A stretch of DNA of 64,000 bases from a bacterium (GCA_021373255.1 JAJFTD010000100.1:24636-88635), one strand, 5' to 3'. Shown: positions 40,044-49,590, numbered from the stretch's first letter. Notes: generated from the letters alone by a model not told the origin. Numbers and translations: made by a program.

Positions 40044-40069
40044 TGTTCCGATACGAGCGAGGAGAAAAC

Positions 40070-41278
40070 TTGTCCAAAAGCCGTAAAATATTGTTTCTGG
40101 CTCATCTTTTCCCGCTCCCGCTGGACTCGGGTGGGAAGATCAAGTCATTTCACACGCTGAAGATACTATCTTCAATGCATGATGTAGCAGTGCTGGCATA
40201 TGTCAGAAACCAGGACGAGATGCAGAGACTGGATGAGCTGCGGCATGTATGCTCGAGTGTAACTATCGTTTCGCTCGTTCGAGGGAAGTTCAGGAACGTT
40301 GCTGACCTTACCAGCAGCCTTATCTCCCGGAAGTCATTTATTGTGTCTCGTGATTATAGGCGTGAAATGCAGGAAGCATTCACACGGTTAGTGGGCGATT
40401 TCCAGCCAGATGTAGTGCATATCGACCACCTGCAGATGGCGCAGTTTGTAGATTTCAATGCATCATATCGCACAGTCCTCGACAATCATAATGTCGAGTG
40501 CATGATCATCAAACGTATCGCTGAGTCATCAAAGAGTACAATGGAGCGGATGTGTGCATCCATCGAATGGCCGAAATTGCGTGCTTATGAACTCGATGCT
40601 TGTCGTCGCTGCGATGCTGTGCTTACCGTCAGTGAAGAAGACAAAGCGACACTTCAGGAATTCAACCAGTCGCTGGCGAACATACACACTGTGCCCATTG
40701 GAGTCGACACCGACTACTTCGCGAGCGTGGAGCGCGTTAATAACTCGAAAAATATAATCTCTATCGGGACCATGTACTGGCCTCCAAATATCGACTCGAT
40801 GTTGTATTTCTATCGCGAGATATTGCCATTGGTAAAGCGCGAGGTACCGGATTGCACACTCACAATAATAGGACAGCGCCCTGCAGCCGCTATTAAAAAA
40901 CTAGAGTCTGATCCGGCGGTCAAGGTAACTGGAACGGTAGATGATGTCCGCGAGCCGGCGCGAGATTGTGGGGCGTTTGTGGTCCCATTACGATCAGGCA
41001 GCGGAGTGCGGGTGAAAATACTTAACGCATTTGCTATGGGCCTTCCGGTGGTATCAACAACAGTCGGTGTCGAGGGGATTACGGCGAAACATGGTGAGCA
41101 CTTGATGATTGCCGATAGCCCAGCGGATTTCTCGCGTTGTGTGGCGCAGGTGCTTAAAGACCCCTGGCTTGCCGAAAAGTTAGGGAATAACGGGCGTAAA
41201 CTGGTCGCCGAGTCGTATTCCTGGCAGAAAGTTGGGGAACGACTCCTGAATGTCTATGAACTAATGGCTGATAAATGA
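40070..41278 (+). CDS. GT4 glycosyltransferase of the PEP-CTERM/exosortase-associated type
   Basis: ILFLAHLFPLPLDSGGKIKSFHTLK is the N-terminus. The C-terminal motif is GSGVRVKILNAFAMGLPVVST. A strong gaggag Shine-Dalgarno precedes the TTG at 40070; the ORF is open from a GTG at 40043. Confidence 0.7.
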   Translation: MSKSRKILFLAHLFPLPLDSGGKIKSFHTLKILSSMHDVAVLAYVRNQDEMQRLDELRHVCSSVTIVSLVRGKFRNVADLTSSLISRKSFIVSRDYRREMQEAFTRLVGDFQPDVVHIDHLQMAQFVDFNASYRTVLDNHNVECMIIKRIAESSKSTMERMCASIEWPKLRAYELDACRRCDAVLTVSEEDKATLQEFNQSLANIHTVPIGVDTDYFASVERVNNSKNIISIGTMYWPPNIDSMLYFYREILPLVKREVPDCTLTIIGQRPAAAIKKLESDPAVKVTGTVDDVREPARDCGAFVVPLRSGSGVRVKILNAFAMGLPVVSTTVGVEGITAKHGEHLMIADSPADFSRCVAQVLKDPWLAEKLGNNGRKLVAESYSWQKVGERLLNVYELMADK

Positions 41279-42480
41279 GGATTCTATTCATAGTCCCATA
41301 CGTGCCGTCCCGGATCAGAATTCGCCCATTCGCGCTGATCAGGGAGCTTTCGCGGAATCACGAAGTGCACATAATTGCGCTCGCTGAACCTGGCTCTGCC
41401 AAGCACCCAGGCGTTGATGAGCTTCCGGGTATGGTAGAGGAACTCACGATAATCCCACACAGCAGCATTCGCGGATATGCTCAATCGCTCCTTGCCTTAG
41501 CTTCACCCACGCCAATGTGCGCAGCATACTGCTGGTCGGCATCAATGAAGAACGCGGTTGAAAAAGCACTCACATCCAGCCATTTCGATATCATTCACGT
41601 TGAACACCTTCGCGCAGCTCACTTCGTGCCACTAAATACAAAAATACCGGTGGTGTTCGATTCGGTGGATTGCCTCACGGGGCTATTCAGACAGATGTAT
41701 TCATCAAAGCGCAATCCCCTGGGAAAGCTGGTTGCTCTGGAGGAGTATCTGAAACTCAGAAGATACGAGCCAGTGCTTATAAGACGCTTTAATCACACTA
41801 TCATAACATCAGAATCTGAGAAGAAAGAAATGGCTGCGCTTTACCCTGATGGAACCGTGAGTGTCGTCCCAAATGGAGTCGACACAGATTATTTTACCCC
41901 CATAGGCCACAACAGGCACCCGCACAGGATGGTCTTCAGCGGAAAAATGAGTTATCACCCAAACGCGCAGGCTGTTATTTGGTTCGCTGAAAGTGTATTC
42001 CCAGCAATAAAGACGAAGTTCACTGATGCTGAGTTTGTTATTGTGGGCAGCAATCCGCCACCAGCAGTTCAGCGGCTCGCGCAGATACAGGGTATCACCG
42101 TGACCGGACGTGTCGAGGATATACGACCGTATCTGGACTCTTCATCAATTGCCGCAGCGCCTATGCGGGTGGGGGTGGGGGTTCAAAATAAAGTGCTGGA
42201 AGCCATGGCAATGCAACTGCCTGTCGTGGCAAGCCCAATAGCAGTTAGGCCGTTTGGGAAAAATTGCCCCGGCATTGTGGCGGCTGAAACTGTCAGTGAA
42301 ACAGCGGCTTCGATAATACAATTAATGGCTCATCCCGAAGAGGCTGTGGATGTAGGAATCCGTGGCCGAACGCATGTAGTAGAAAATTACTCCTGGTGTT
42401 GCAGCGAGCGAATGCTGATTGAGATCTATGCTGACCTTTGCGATAGGGCTAATTCCGGGACAGGGAGGAATGATGGATAA
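41275..42480 (+). CDS. GT4 glycosyltransferase (tandem paralog of the previous gene)
   Basis: MRILFIVPYVPSRIRIRPFALIRELS...GVGVQNKVLEAMAMQLPVVAS. ATGA overlap with the upstream stop. Confidence 0.8.
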   Translation: MRILFIVPYVPSRIRIRPFALIRELSRNHEVHIIALAEPGSAKHPGVDELPGMVEELTIIPHSSIRGYAQSLLALASPTPMCAAYCWSASMKNAVEKALTSSHFDIIHVEHLRAAHFVPLNTKIPVVFDSVDCLTGLFRQMYSSKRNPLGKLVALEEYLKLRRYEPVLIRRFNHTIITSESEKKEMAALYPDGTVSVVPNGVDTDYFTPIGHNRHPHRMVFSGKMSYHPNAQAVIWFAESVFPAIKTKFTDAEFVIVGSNPPPAVQRLAQIQGITVTGRVEDIRPYLDSSSIAAAPMRVGVGVQNKVLEAMAMQLPVVASPIAVRPFGKNCPGIVAAETVSETAASIIQLMAHPEEAVDVGIRGRTHVVENYSWCCSERMLIEIYADLCDRANSGTGRNDG

Positions 42481-44191
42481 AATTAAGTGGGGGGTTGTGC
42501 TGCGCGTAACGGCTGTGCTGATGTTGATTGGAGCCATCGCAGGCTTGTTCCATATCCGCTGTTTCAATGGGTTGACTACGCGCGACGCAATGGACTTGGG
42601 CCAGATAGCTGCCAATATCAGTGAGGGCAGAGGATTCAGCACGCGAATGATTAGGCCCATGAATATGGCATTCGCTTCGCCAAGTGATGTCTATCTTCCT
42701 GAACTAAATCGCCCACCGCTATATCCTTATGCACTTGCCGGGATGTTCCGGTTTAAAGCTGTGAGTGCACAGAGTGTTATTAGGACATCACTTGTATTTT
42801 ATTTCTTAACTGTGCTGGCGACTTTTCTATTGGGCGCAAAGTTATTCGATTGGAAAACCGGGCTCCTGGCGTCATTTCTATTTGGCGCAAGCGCTCCAAT
42901 ATTACAAGTAGCCACAGCCGGTAATGAATGGACGATGGCGTGCTTGTGGTTTACACTAATGTTGATATGTGTGGCTGGGCACCATAAATTGGTAGAGCAC
43001 TCACCATGGCGAGCCCTGGTTTACACAGTACTTGCGGCTGTCCTGACCGGCGCATTATATATGACCAGCCACGTTCTATGGATTATTATGCTGCCGGTTG
43101 CCATCTATTTCGGCATAACCGGTCATAAGCGGGTCCTGAACTTGAGCATATATGTAGTGCTAGCAGCGTTGCTGATGTGCCCGTGGGCAGTGAGGAATGT
43201 AATGCGAACCGGATGCCCATTACTTGGCGCAACTGCCTGGGACGCAATGGCCAATACCAGCACATTACCAGGTGATATGGTTTATCGTACGACTATGAAC
43301 GGCCTTCCGCGATTGGCTGTATACCCAATCGAGCACTTCCCCGATATAGCAGAAAAACTATTGGACCAATCCAACATAGATATTCAGCGATTAGCCATGT
43401 TGCTCGGAGTCGCAATATTGCCTTTTGCATTGGTGAGCGTGCTATATAGGTTCAAGAGCCACAGCGCCAATGCTGTCAGAGGGTTGTGCTATGGGGTTGT
43501 GCCTGGGCTGTTATTATCACTGGCGGTTTTCAGCGTAAATAGTGACGCAATGATCGTCCTGGCTCCGTTTGCATCCGTGATCGCTTCAGCCTATTTTATC
43601 CTTCTTCTGAATGCGAAAAAGCTGCATCCAGTGTATGCAAAGGGGATTACTTTATGCCTGGTGCTTCTCACACTTTTACCTACTGTTACAACTATCATCT
43701 GGCCCGGCACTGGCGATATTACTGATAATGCTAACATTCTTGCCGCTGGCAGTTTCTTTGACAGGCTGCGAGCAACGCCGGACACATTGCTATTCACCGA
43801 TGCGCCTTGGACTGCTGCATGGCACACCCGAGCGAGCTGCGCGTGGGTGCCGGTAAGGGATGAGGACGTAGAGGCTCTGGATTCTCTGGGGCTCCGTATG
43901 CAGGCTGTAGTATTAACACCTGAGTCAGAAAAACTGCCGGCAAACGAGATATGGTATGCGCTACATACCACCCCGTGGTGGCGCGATTATCTATCCTCAC
44001 CCAACAAGAGCGTTGAGCAGTTAGCTGCAACAATAGGCTTGACTTCCGAACAAGCAAAACTCATAAAGAAGAATATGCCGCGTTTGAAGAGATCGTTTAA
44101 GTTATCAGAGACTCTAGCAGGTTTCAAATCAAGGCCAACGGATCCAATTCAGCCTGATAAAATCCAATTCTTGATACGCTCGGAGAACTGA
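42470..44191 (+). CDS. GT-C family 39/83-like (ArnT/PMT-like) polytopic membrane glycosyltransferase with a C-terminal soluble region
   Basis: About 11 TM helices. The first-loop motif RDAMDLGQIAANISEGRGF resembles the DE...IAREM loop of ArnT/PMT enzymes. Confidence 0.5.
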   Translation: MMDKIKWGVVLRVTAVLMLIGAIAGLFHIRCFNGLTTRDAMDLGQIAANISEGRGFSTRMIRPMNMAFASPSDVYLPELNRPPLYPYALAGMFRFKAVSAQSVIRTSLVFYFLTVLATFLLGAKLFDWKTGLLASFLFGASAPILQVATAGNEWTMACLWFTLMLICVAGHHKLVEHSPWRALVYTVLAAVLTGALYMTSHVLWIIMLPVAIYFGITGHKRVLNLSIYVVLAALLMCPWAVRNVMRTGCPLLGATAWDAMANTSTLPGDMVYRTTMNGLPRLAVYPIEHFPDIAEKLLDQSNIDIQRLAMLLGVAILPFALVSVLYRFKSHSANAVRGLCYGVVPGLLLSLAVFSVNSDAMIVLAPFASVIASAYFILLLNAKKLHPVYAKGITLCLVLLTLLPTVTTIIWPGTGDITDNANILAAGSFFDRLRATPDTLLFTDAPWTAAWHTRASCAWVPVRDEDVEALDSLGLRMQAVVLTPESEKLPANEIWYALHTTPWWRDYLSSPNKSVEQLAATIGLTSEQAKLIKKNMPRLKRSFKLSETLAGFKSRPTDPIQPDKIQFLIRSEN

Positions 44192-44200
44192 AATAAACAC

Positions 44201-44241
44201 AAAAAGGGGCTGGATACCTAAGCATCCACCCCTTTCAATTT
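44201..44241. terminator. Bidirectional terminator between the convergent GT-C gene and a PEP-CTERM gene
   Basis: aaaaa-ggggctggat-acctaagc-atccacccc-tttcaattt. Confidence 0.5.
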
Positions 44242-44271
44242 AATCGCGAGATATTAGTCCGATTTTCAGAT

Positions 44272-44820
44272 CTATTTCCTGCGGAGCTTGAGCAATCCAC
44301 CCGCCGTGCACAGACCTACAAATCCGAGCATAACTGTTGAGGCTTCCGGCACTACACCGGGCGTTTCAACGCAGTCCCATGTGACTATGTACGAGCTGTC
44401 GCGAGCAATGTGGCTTGCAAGATCAACATCCGGCAGATCAGTCAGGAATCTAAATGTTGCCGTAGTGTTGCTGAGACCACTAAATTCCCACGTTGCATGC
44501 CACTTTGACTCGATTACATCATGGTGTACACCATTGAACTCATAATCCCAATAGTGGCCGGATGTCAGTGAGCCAGAATCCGCACCCTTGGTATCGTCTA
44601 CAACTAGACCCACACTAAACTGGTGGACCCAGTTGTCTCTAGGTAATGTGGGTACGGTGAGCGTATAAATCCATTCCCAATCAGAGCCAACCTGATTGCG
44701 TGTGATTTGCAGAATGCTTGCTGGCAGGGAGCCGCTGCTGGTGTAAGGTCCAAAAGCCAAAGCCGGGAGCCCGATAACCAGAACAGCCAGCATGGCAAAC
44801 ATCGGCGTCCATCTTCTCAT
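44272..44820 (-). CDS. PEP-CTERM sorting-domain protein (exosortase substrate)
   Basis: Signal peptide MRRWTPMFAMLAVLVIGLPALA. The C-terminus is VPEASTVMLGFVGLCTAGGLLKLRRK (VPEAS motif + TM + basic tail). Confidence 0.7.
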   Translation of the reverse strand: MRRWTPMFAMLAVLVIGLPALAFGPYTSSGSLPASILQITRNQVGSDWEWIYTLTVPTLPRDNWVHQFSVGLVVDDTKGADSGSLTSGHYWDYEFNGVHHDVIESKWHATWEFSGLSNTTATFRFLTDLPDVDLASHIARDSSYIVTWDCVETPGVVPEASTVMLGFVGLCTAGGLLKLRRK

Positions 44821-45036
44821 ATCCTCATAATCCTCCATGAGCAACAATCGCGTCCATCGGACAGACTCCAGCCCATCGACCCGACGCAATATCTACAGCA
44901 CAAAATGGTGCTGCTTTCTAGCAATCCCAAGTCAAATCTGGGCCCATTACTGATCAATGGCCACAGCACGTGTATACCCAGCAAGCAGGCATAAAAAACA
45001 GAAATGCTAATCTTGTTTTAATAAAAATAGATTTCT

Positions 45037-45558
45037 CTAGTGCTTACGAATCTTGAGAATACCACCGATAGAGCTAAGCCCAAGGAATCCGAGCATAATA
45101 GTGGAAGCCTCCGGCACTACACCAGGGGTCTCAACTTCCGTCCAAGCGACAGAATACTTACCATCCTTTGCACCCATTGCAGCAATGTCTACACCCTGAA
45201 GGTCCGTAAGGAACCGGAATGTCGCAGTGGTGTTGCTAATGGGTGTGAAGTACCACTCCAAACTTTCACCGTTAATGGTGGGGGTGGAATCCAATGTAGT
45301 TCCTGTCACCTGGAAGCCACTATAATGCGACGCGTCGGTGTTCGCTAAGCCAATCAAAAATATATGGACAGGATTAGCATCAATGTTTTGGACGTTAAGT
45401 GTGTAAATCCATTCCCAGTTGGCACCTTGCTGATTGCGAACAACCGACAGCGTGCTGGCTGGGTTACTTCCAACGCTGGTATATGGCCCAAACGCTAACG
45501 CCGCAGAGCTGATCGAAATCGCTGCAAGAACGATTGTTACAAGCAAAAACCTCTTCAT
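45037..45558 (-). CDS. PEP-CTERM sorting-domain protein, paralog of the preceding gene
   Basis: MKRFLLVTIVLAAISISSAALA signal. The shared core reads LAFGPYTSVGSNPAS...NWEWIYTL. The C-terminus is VPEASTIMLGFLGLSSIGGILKIRKH. Confidence 0.7.
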   Translation of the reverse strand: MKRFLLVTIVLAAISISSAALAFGPYTSVGSNPASTLSVVRNQQGANWEWIYTLNVQNIDANPVHIFLIGLANTDASHYSGFQVTGTTLDSTPTINGESLEWYFTPISNTTATFRFLTDLQGVDIAAMGAKDGKYSVAWTEVETPGVVPEASTIMLGFLGLSSIGGILKIRKH

Positions 45559-46037
45559 ATCCAACCTCATTATGCCGAAGCTAAATTGTAGCAACTCCGG
45601 TTATTACCTACCGAACATATAGATACAATATATCTGAGCGAGCAGACTAAGTCAAGAGATGTAACAAAAACCTAGTATTTATTACAGCCTATAGATTAGC
45701 ATCTCGCGACCAATAATGAAGTCAGTGTGAACAATAGCTGCATGACATCGACATCGTGGCCTAATGGGATGTTTGGGGCTGGGTCTATTGATGCATGTAT
45801 GACCATATCGTGGCGTTGGCATAGAGACGCTGTAAACTACAGTTTTCTGCCTCGTAGATATGCGAGTTTTTACGCTCAAAGGATTAGCTCTACCTTGACT
45901 TTGGGTAGCAAGCATGCTATAAGATGCATGAAGATGCTCATGATTGTTCCACGGAAGGACGGTGTCTTGGTGCATATGACACCGCCTCATCCGCGCCATT
46001 CACAAACGGTGTTGGCGAATGGCGTGGTTGATTTGCT

Positions 46038-46874
46038 ATGTTGAGCTCGTGCATTCAGAGGTGGAACGTGGTCGCCAGAGCTTTAAAACTCCTATTATTC
46101 CTCATTCTGGTTCTTCTGGGATCCAGTGCGGTAGCGCTTGCGTCCGCAATTGGCCAATATAACGCCGTGCCTGAAGCATCCGCAACCATACTCGCCCCAA
46201 TGGGGCTTGCTGCGATTATTGCTGCTGAGAAATGGAGGCGGCGAGTCTGCAGGATGCACCAGGGTGTAGGAGCAGCTTATATTATCCTTAAAAGATTAGG
46301 CGATATTATTATGGCGCTTATTCTACTAATGATCGCATCTCCGGCGTTCGCTTTGTTAGCGCTTCTGGTTCGGCTCGATAGCCCGGGCCCGGTGCTTTTC
46401 AAGAGGCGCGTCATCGGTAAGGATGGCAAGAGCTTTGACATGTTCAAGTTTCGTTCTATGGTTGAGGGAGCTGAGCAGATCTTAGAGCAAGATGAAGAGC
46501 TGAAAAGAAATTATTACGTGAAGTGTAAGCTCCATACAGATCCCAGGGTAACTGGTATCGGCATTCTGTTGCGCAAGACCAGCCTGGACGAGCTTCCTCA
46601 GCTTATCAACATATTAATCGGTAACATGACATTCGTCGGACCAAGGCCTATCGCTGCCGACGAAATAGAAAAATATGGACCCGCAATTGACCGATTCGTT
46701 ACGGTTACACCGGGGATCACTGGCCTGTGGCAGACATCAGGCCGGAGTGAGACTTCATACGATATGAGAGTCAGTATGGATATGACCTATATCGAGAAGC
46801 GGTCAATCTTACTCGATATCTGGATCATCCTCTGCACGGTGCCCGCTGTTTTGCTCAAACGAGGAGCTTGTTAG
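46038..46874 (+). CDS. Priming sugar transferase (polyprenyl-phosphate glycosyl-1-phosphate transferase, WbaP/EpsB C-terminal-domain type) with an in-frame N-terminal signal-peptide + PEP-CTERM-like extension
   Basis: The catalytic domain reads DIIMALILLMIASPAFALLALLVRLDSPGPVLFKRRVIGKDGKSFDMFKFRSM...GPRP. The upstream in-frame 70 aa contains a signal-like segment ALKLLLFLILVLLGSSAVALA, then VPEASATILAPMGLAAIIAAEKWRRR. Alternative starts are a GTG at 46068 and an ATG at 46252. Confidence 0.75.
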   Translation: MLSSCIQRWNVVARALKLLLFLILVLLGSSAVALASAIGQYNAVPEASATILAPMGLAAIIAAEKWRRRVCRMHQGVGAAYIILKRLGDIIMALILLMIASPAFALLALLVRLDSPGPVLFKRRVIGKDGKSFDMFKFRSMVEGAEQILEQDEELKRNYYVKCKLHTDPRVTGIGILLRKTSLDELPQLINILIGNMTFVGPRPIAADEIEKYGPAIDRFVTVTPGITGLWQTSGRSETSYDMRVSMDMTYIEKRSILLDIWIILCTVPAVLLKRGAC

Positions 46875-46927
46875 TGGGCAGTCACCCAACGCCCGCAAGT
46901 CGCATGCGGCGAAAGGAGAAGTTTAAC

Positions 46928-47668
46928 ATGAGAAGGTTTATAATGGGGGCAGTATATGCGATCGCGCTTATCTGCGCGTTTGGTATGTGCTCACAGGCAA
47001 ATGCAGCCCGTTACAAATTAACATTGATCAACACCGATGAACATCCACTGCCGTCAGTAATCGGGACCCTTTGGATTGACAAACTCGGTTCATATCAACG
47101 TGTTTACGCAGGTCCTATTTGGCTAAACGTGCTTGATACGCAAACCAACCAATCCGAGGTAGTTCGAATGCTTTGCGTGGACTTGGCTGCAGAGATCAGT
47201 GTTAACCAGACATGGGAAGCCGATATCAGCTACGCGCGGCCGTCAACAGTAGCATCCGACAGCGCATGGGATAAAGCGGTGTGGATGGCTGTAAACAATT
47301 CTGGATGGTATTCACCCAGCGGTTGGCCTACAGGTGACCCTGCTACACAAGATGCTGCAGTCCAGCTCTCTGTATGGGAAGTAATTGCTGATGGCAGCAC
47401 GAATTTTAGTATGGAAAGCGGATCGTTCAATGTCAGTCCTAATCCGTTTGAGGGCGCGAATAGAGAAGAAGTTTTGCAGATAGCTCAGGGATATTTCAAC
47501 TCAGCTAACCCGCCTCAGGGATATGGAAGCAGCTATGCGTGGTATGATGCGACATCAAGCGGTCAAGACCTGCTGTTCATACCAACGGTGCCGGAAATCC
47601 CTGCTGTTGCGCTTGGCTCGATTGGTCTTAGTTTACTTGCTTGCTGGAGATCTCGCAGAAGGAAATAG
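46928..47668 (+). CDS. Secreted protein with variant PEP-CTERM tail (VPEIP)
   Basis: Signal peptide MRRFIMGAVYAIALICAFGMCSQANA. The C-terminus is VPEIPAVALGSIGLSLLACWRSRRRK. Shine-Dalgarno is aaggaga. Confidence 0.6.
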   Translation: MRRFIMGAVYAIALICAFGMCSQANAARYKLTLINTDEHPLPSVIGTLWIDKLGSYQRVYAGPIWLNVLDTQTNQSEVVRMLCVDLAAEISVNQTWEADISYARPSTVASDSAWDKAVWMAVNNSGWYSPSGWPTGDPATQDAAVQLSVWEVIADGSTNFSMESGSFNVSPNPFEGANREEVLQIAQGYFNSANPPQGYGSSYAWYDATSSGQDLLFIPTVPEIPAVALGSIGLSLLACWRSRRRK

Positions 47669-47772
47669 CGGGGTCGTTTGGATAAGCATATTGTGGCTTT
47701 TCTTCGCGCCGGAGAGTATGGCTCCCGGCGCGATTTAGCGTATGGAAAAGCAGGTATGACGAGCGTTCAGAT

Positions 47773-47801
47773 TTGACAAGACAAGAGGGAGTCGATATAC
47801 T
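47773..47801 (+). promoter_or_regulatory. Sigma-70-like promoter for ffh (TTGACA-17 nt-TATACT)
   Basis: ttgaca agacaagagggagtcga tatact lies about 70 nt upstream of the ffh start. Confidence 0.45.
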
Positions 47802-47869
47802 AGTGTGTTATCGAAAGGGAACCGAAGTGGTTGAGGGAATACCCTTGGTTGCTTCGGCTTCATTATTAT

Positions 47870-49216
47870 ATGTTTGAGAGCCTATCCGACAAATTACAAA
47901 ATGTGTTCCAGAAGCTGAGAAGCAGGGGCGGTCTTACCGAACAAGAGGTAAATGACGCGCTTCGTGAGGTAAGGCTTGTTCTGCTCGAAGCTGATGTGAA
48001 CTACAAGGTAGTTAAGGATTTTGTCGGCCGGGTAAAAGAGCGGGCGATCGGCGAGGACATTCTCAAAGGTTTGAACCCCGCTCAGCAGGTTATTAAGATC
48101 GTTAACGAGGAACTGGTCGGGCTCCTCGGTGGCGAACAGGCGAAGCTCAAAGTTTCCGACAGGCCGCCGACTGTAATGATGGTGGCCGGTCTGCACGGCG
48201 CGGGCAAGACCACTAATGTGGCAAAGCTGGCGTTGATGTATAAGAAGCAGGGTAAGCGCCCGCTTCTCGTGGCTGGAGACGTGTATCGACCTGCGGCTAT
48301 TATGCAGCTCAGAACCTTGGGCGAGCAGATTGGCGTGGATGTGTTCGATATCGGCGACAAGCAGGATGCGGTCGCGGTAGCTGGCGCAGCGATGCACCAC
48401 GCACGCTCCAATGGTAATGATTTTGTGCTGATTGACGTCGCTGGACGGCTCCACATCGATGAAGAGATGATGTCTGAGCTGAAGCGACTCAGAAGCTCGA
48501 TAGATGTTACTGAAGTTCTGCTGGTCGTTGATGCTATGACTGGTCAGGACGCGGTGAATGTCGCGCAGCAGTTTAATGAGGCGCTGGAGATCGACGGCGT
48601 CATCATGACGAAGATGGACGGCGACGCCAGAGGTGGCGCCGCTCTTTCCATAAAAGCTGTTACCGGCAAGCCGATCAAACTTATCGGCACCAGCGAAAAG
48701 ATGGACGGGCTGGAACCGTTCTATCCAGACAGAATGGCGTCGCGCATCCTCGGAATGGGGGACGTGTTAAGCCTTATCGAGAAGGCGCAGGAGTCTTTCG
48801 ATGAGGATCAGGCGCGCGCTATGGAGAAAAAGTTCAGGGAGAACAAATTCGACCTGAATGATTATCTGGAACAGATTCAGCAAATGCGAAAGATGGGTCC
48901 GCTCGATCAGATCCTTGGTATGATCCCTGGGCTTGGAAATATGAGCAAGCTCAAAGATGCGAAGATTGATGAGACGGAGTTCAAGCGGGTCGAAGCCATA
49001 CTGCGATCAATGACAAGAGATGAACGTAGTGATCCGACTATTCTGAACGGCAGCCGCAGGCGGCGAATTGCCAACGGCAGCGGCACCAGTGTTCAGGATG
49101 TAAACAGGCTGATGAATCAATTTAGCGAAATGAAGAAGATGATCCGGGTCATGAGTGGCGCGGAAGAGTCTGGGAAGCGGCGTAAGAAAATGCCGAACTT
49201 CCCATTTATGGGATAG
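47870..49216 (+). CDS. ffh: Signal recognition particle protein
   Basis: MFESLSDKLQNVFQKLRSRGGLTEQEV... The GTPase motifs are GLHGAGKTT and DVAGR. The M-domain is Met-rich with an RRRRIANGSG tail. Confidence 0.9.
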   Translation: MFESLSDKLQNVFQKLRSRGGLTEQEVNDALREVRLVLLEADVNYKVVKDFVGRVKERAIGEDILKGLNPAQQVIKIVNEELVGLLGGEQAKLKVSDRPPTVMMVAGLHGAGKTTNVAKLALMYKKQGKRPLLVAGDVYRPAAIMQLRTLGEQIGVDVFDIGDKQDAVAVAGAAMHHARSNGNDFVLIDVAGRLHIDEEMMSELKRLRSSIDVTEVLLVVDAMTGQDAVNVAQQFNEALEIDGVIMTKMDGDARGGAALSIKAVTGKPIKLIGTSEKMDGLEPFYPDRMASRILGMGDVLSLIEKAQESFDEDQARAMEKKFRENKFDLNDYLEQIQQMRKMGPLDQILGMIPGLGNMSKLKDAKIDETEFKRVEAILRSMTRDERSDPTILNGSRRRRIANGSGTSVQDVNRLMNQFSEMKKMIRVMSGAEESGKRRKKMPNFPFMG

Positions 49217-49279
49217 TTAATAAATTTGCGGAAGCGCGGATTAGCGCACGCGAAAACCGATTATTTGGGAGGCTTACAC

Positions 49280-49585
49280 GTGGTAAAAATCAGACTGAGG
49301 CGGATGGGCGCCAAGAAGCGACCGTTCTACAGGATTGTGGCAGCGGACAGCCGCACGGCTCGCGATGGGCGCTTTATCGAGATCCTTGGATTCTACGATC
49401 CGACTCAGGATCCGCCCGAGATAAAGATCAACCGGGAAAGAATCGAATATTGGCTGGGGACAGGCGCGCAGCCGTCGGATACGACTCGTGGCTTGCTGAA
49501 GACGCAAGGCTTCCTTGGCGGCCCGACCCCCAAAAAAGCAAAGGCTAAGGTTAAGGAACCGGCTGCTGCTGAAGCCACGGAATAA
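49280..49585 (+). CDS. rpsP: 30S ribosomal protein S16
   Basis: (M)[43 protein letters not shown] start with a gggagg Shine-Dalgarno. Confidence 0.85.
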   Translation: MVKIRLRRMGAKKRPFYRIVAADSRTARDGRFIEILGFYDPTQDPPEIKINRERIEYWLGTGAQPSDTTRGLLKTQGFLGGPTPKKAKAKVKEPAAAEATE

Positions 49586-49590
49586 GCTTA

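Noticed and set aside
45595-46037. tRNA or other known RNA gene in the long intergenic region
   Set aside because: No T-arm-like GTTCRANYC box or cloverleaf-compatible pairings could be found by eye.
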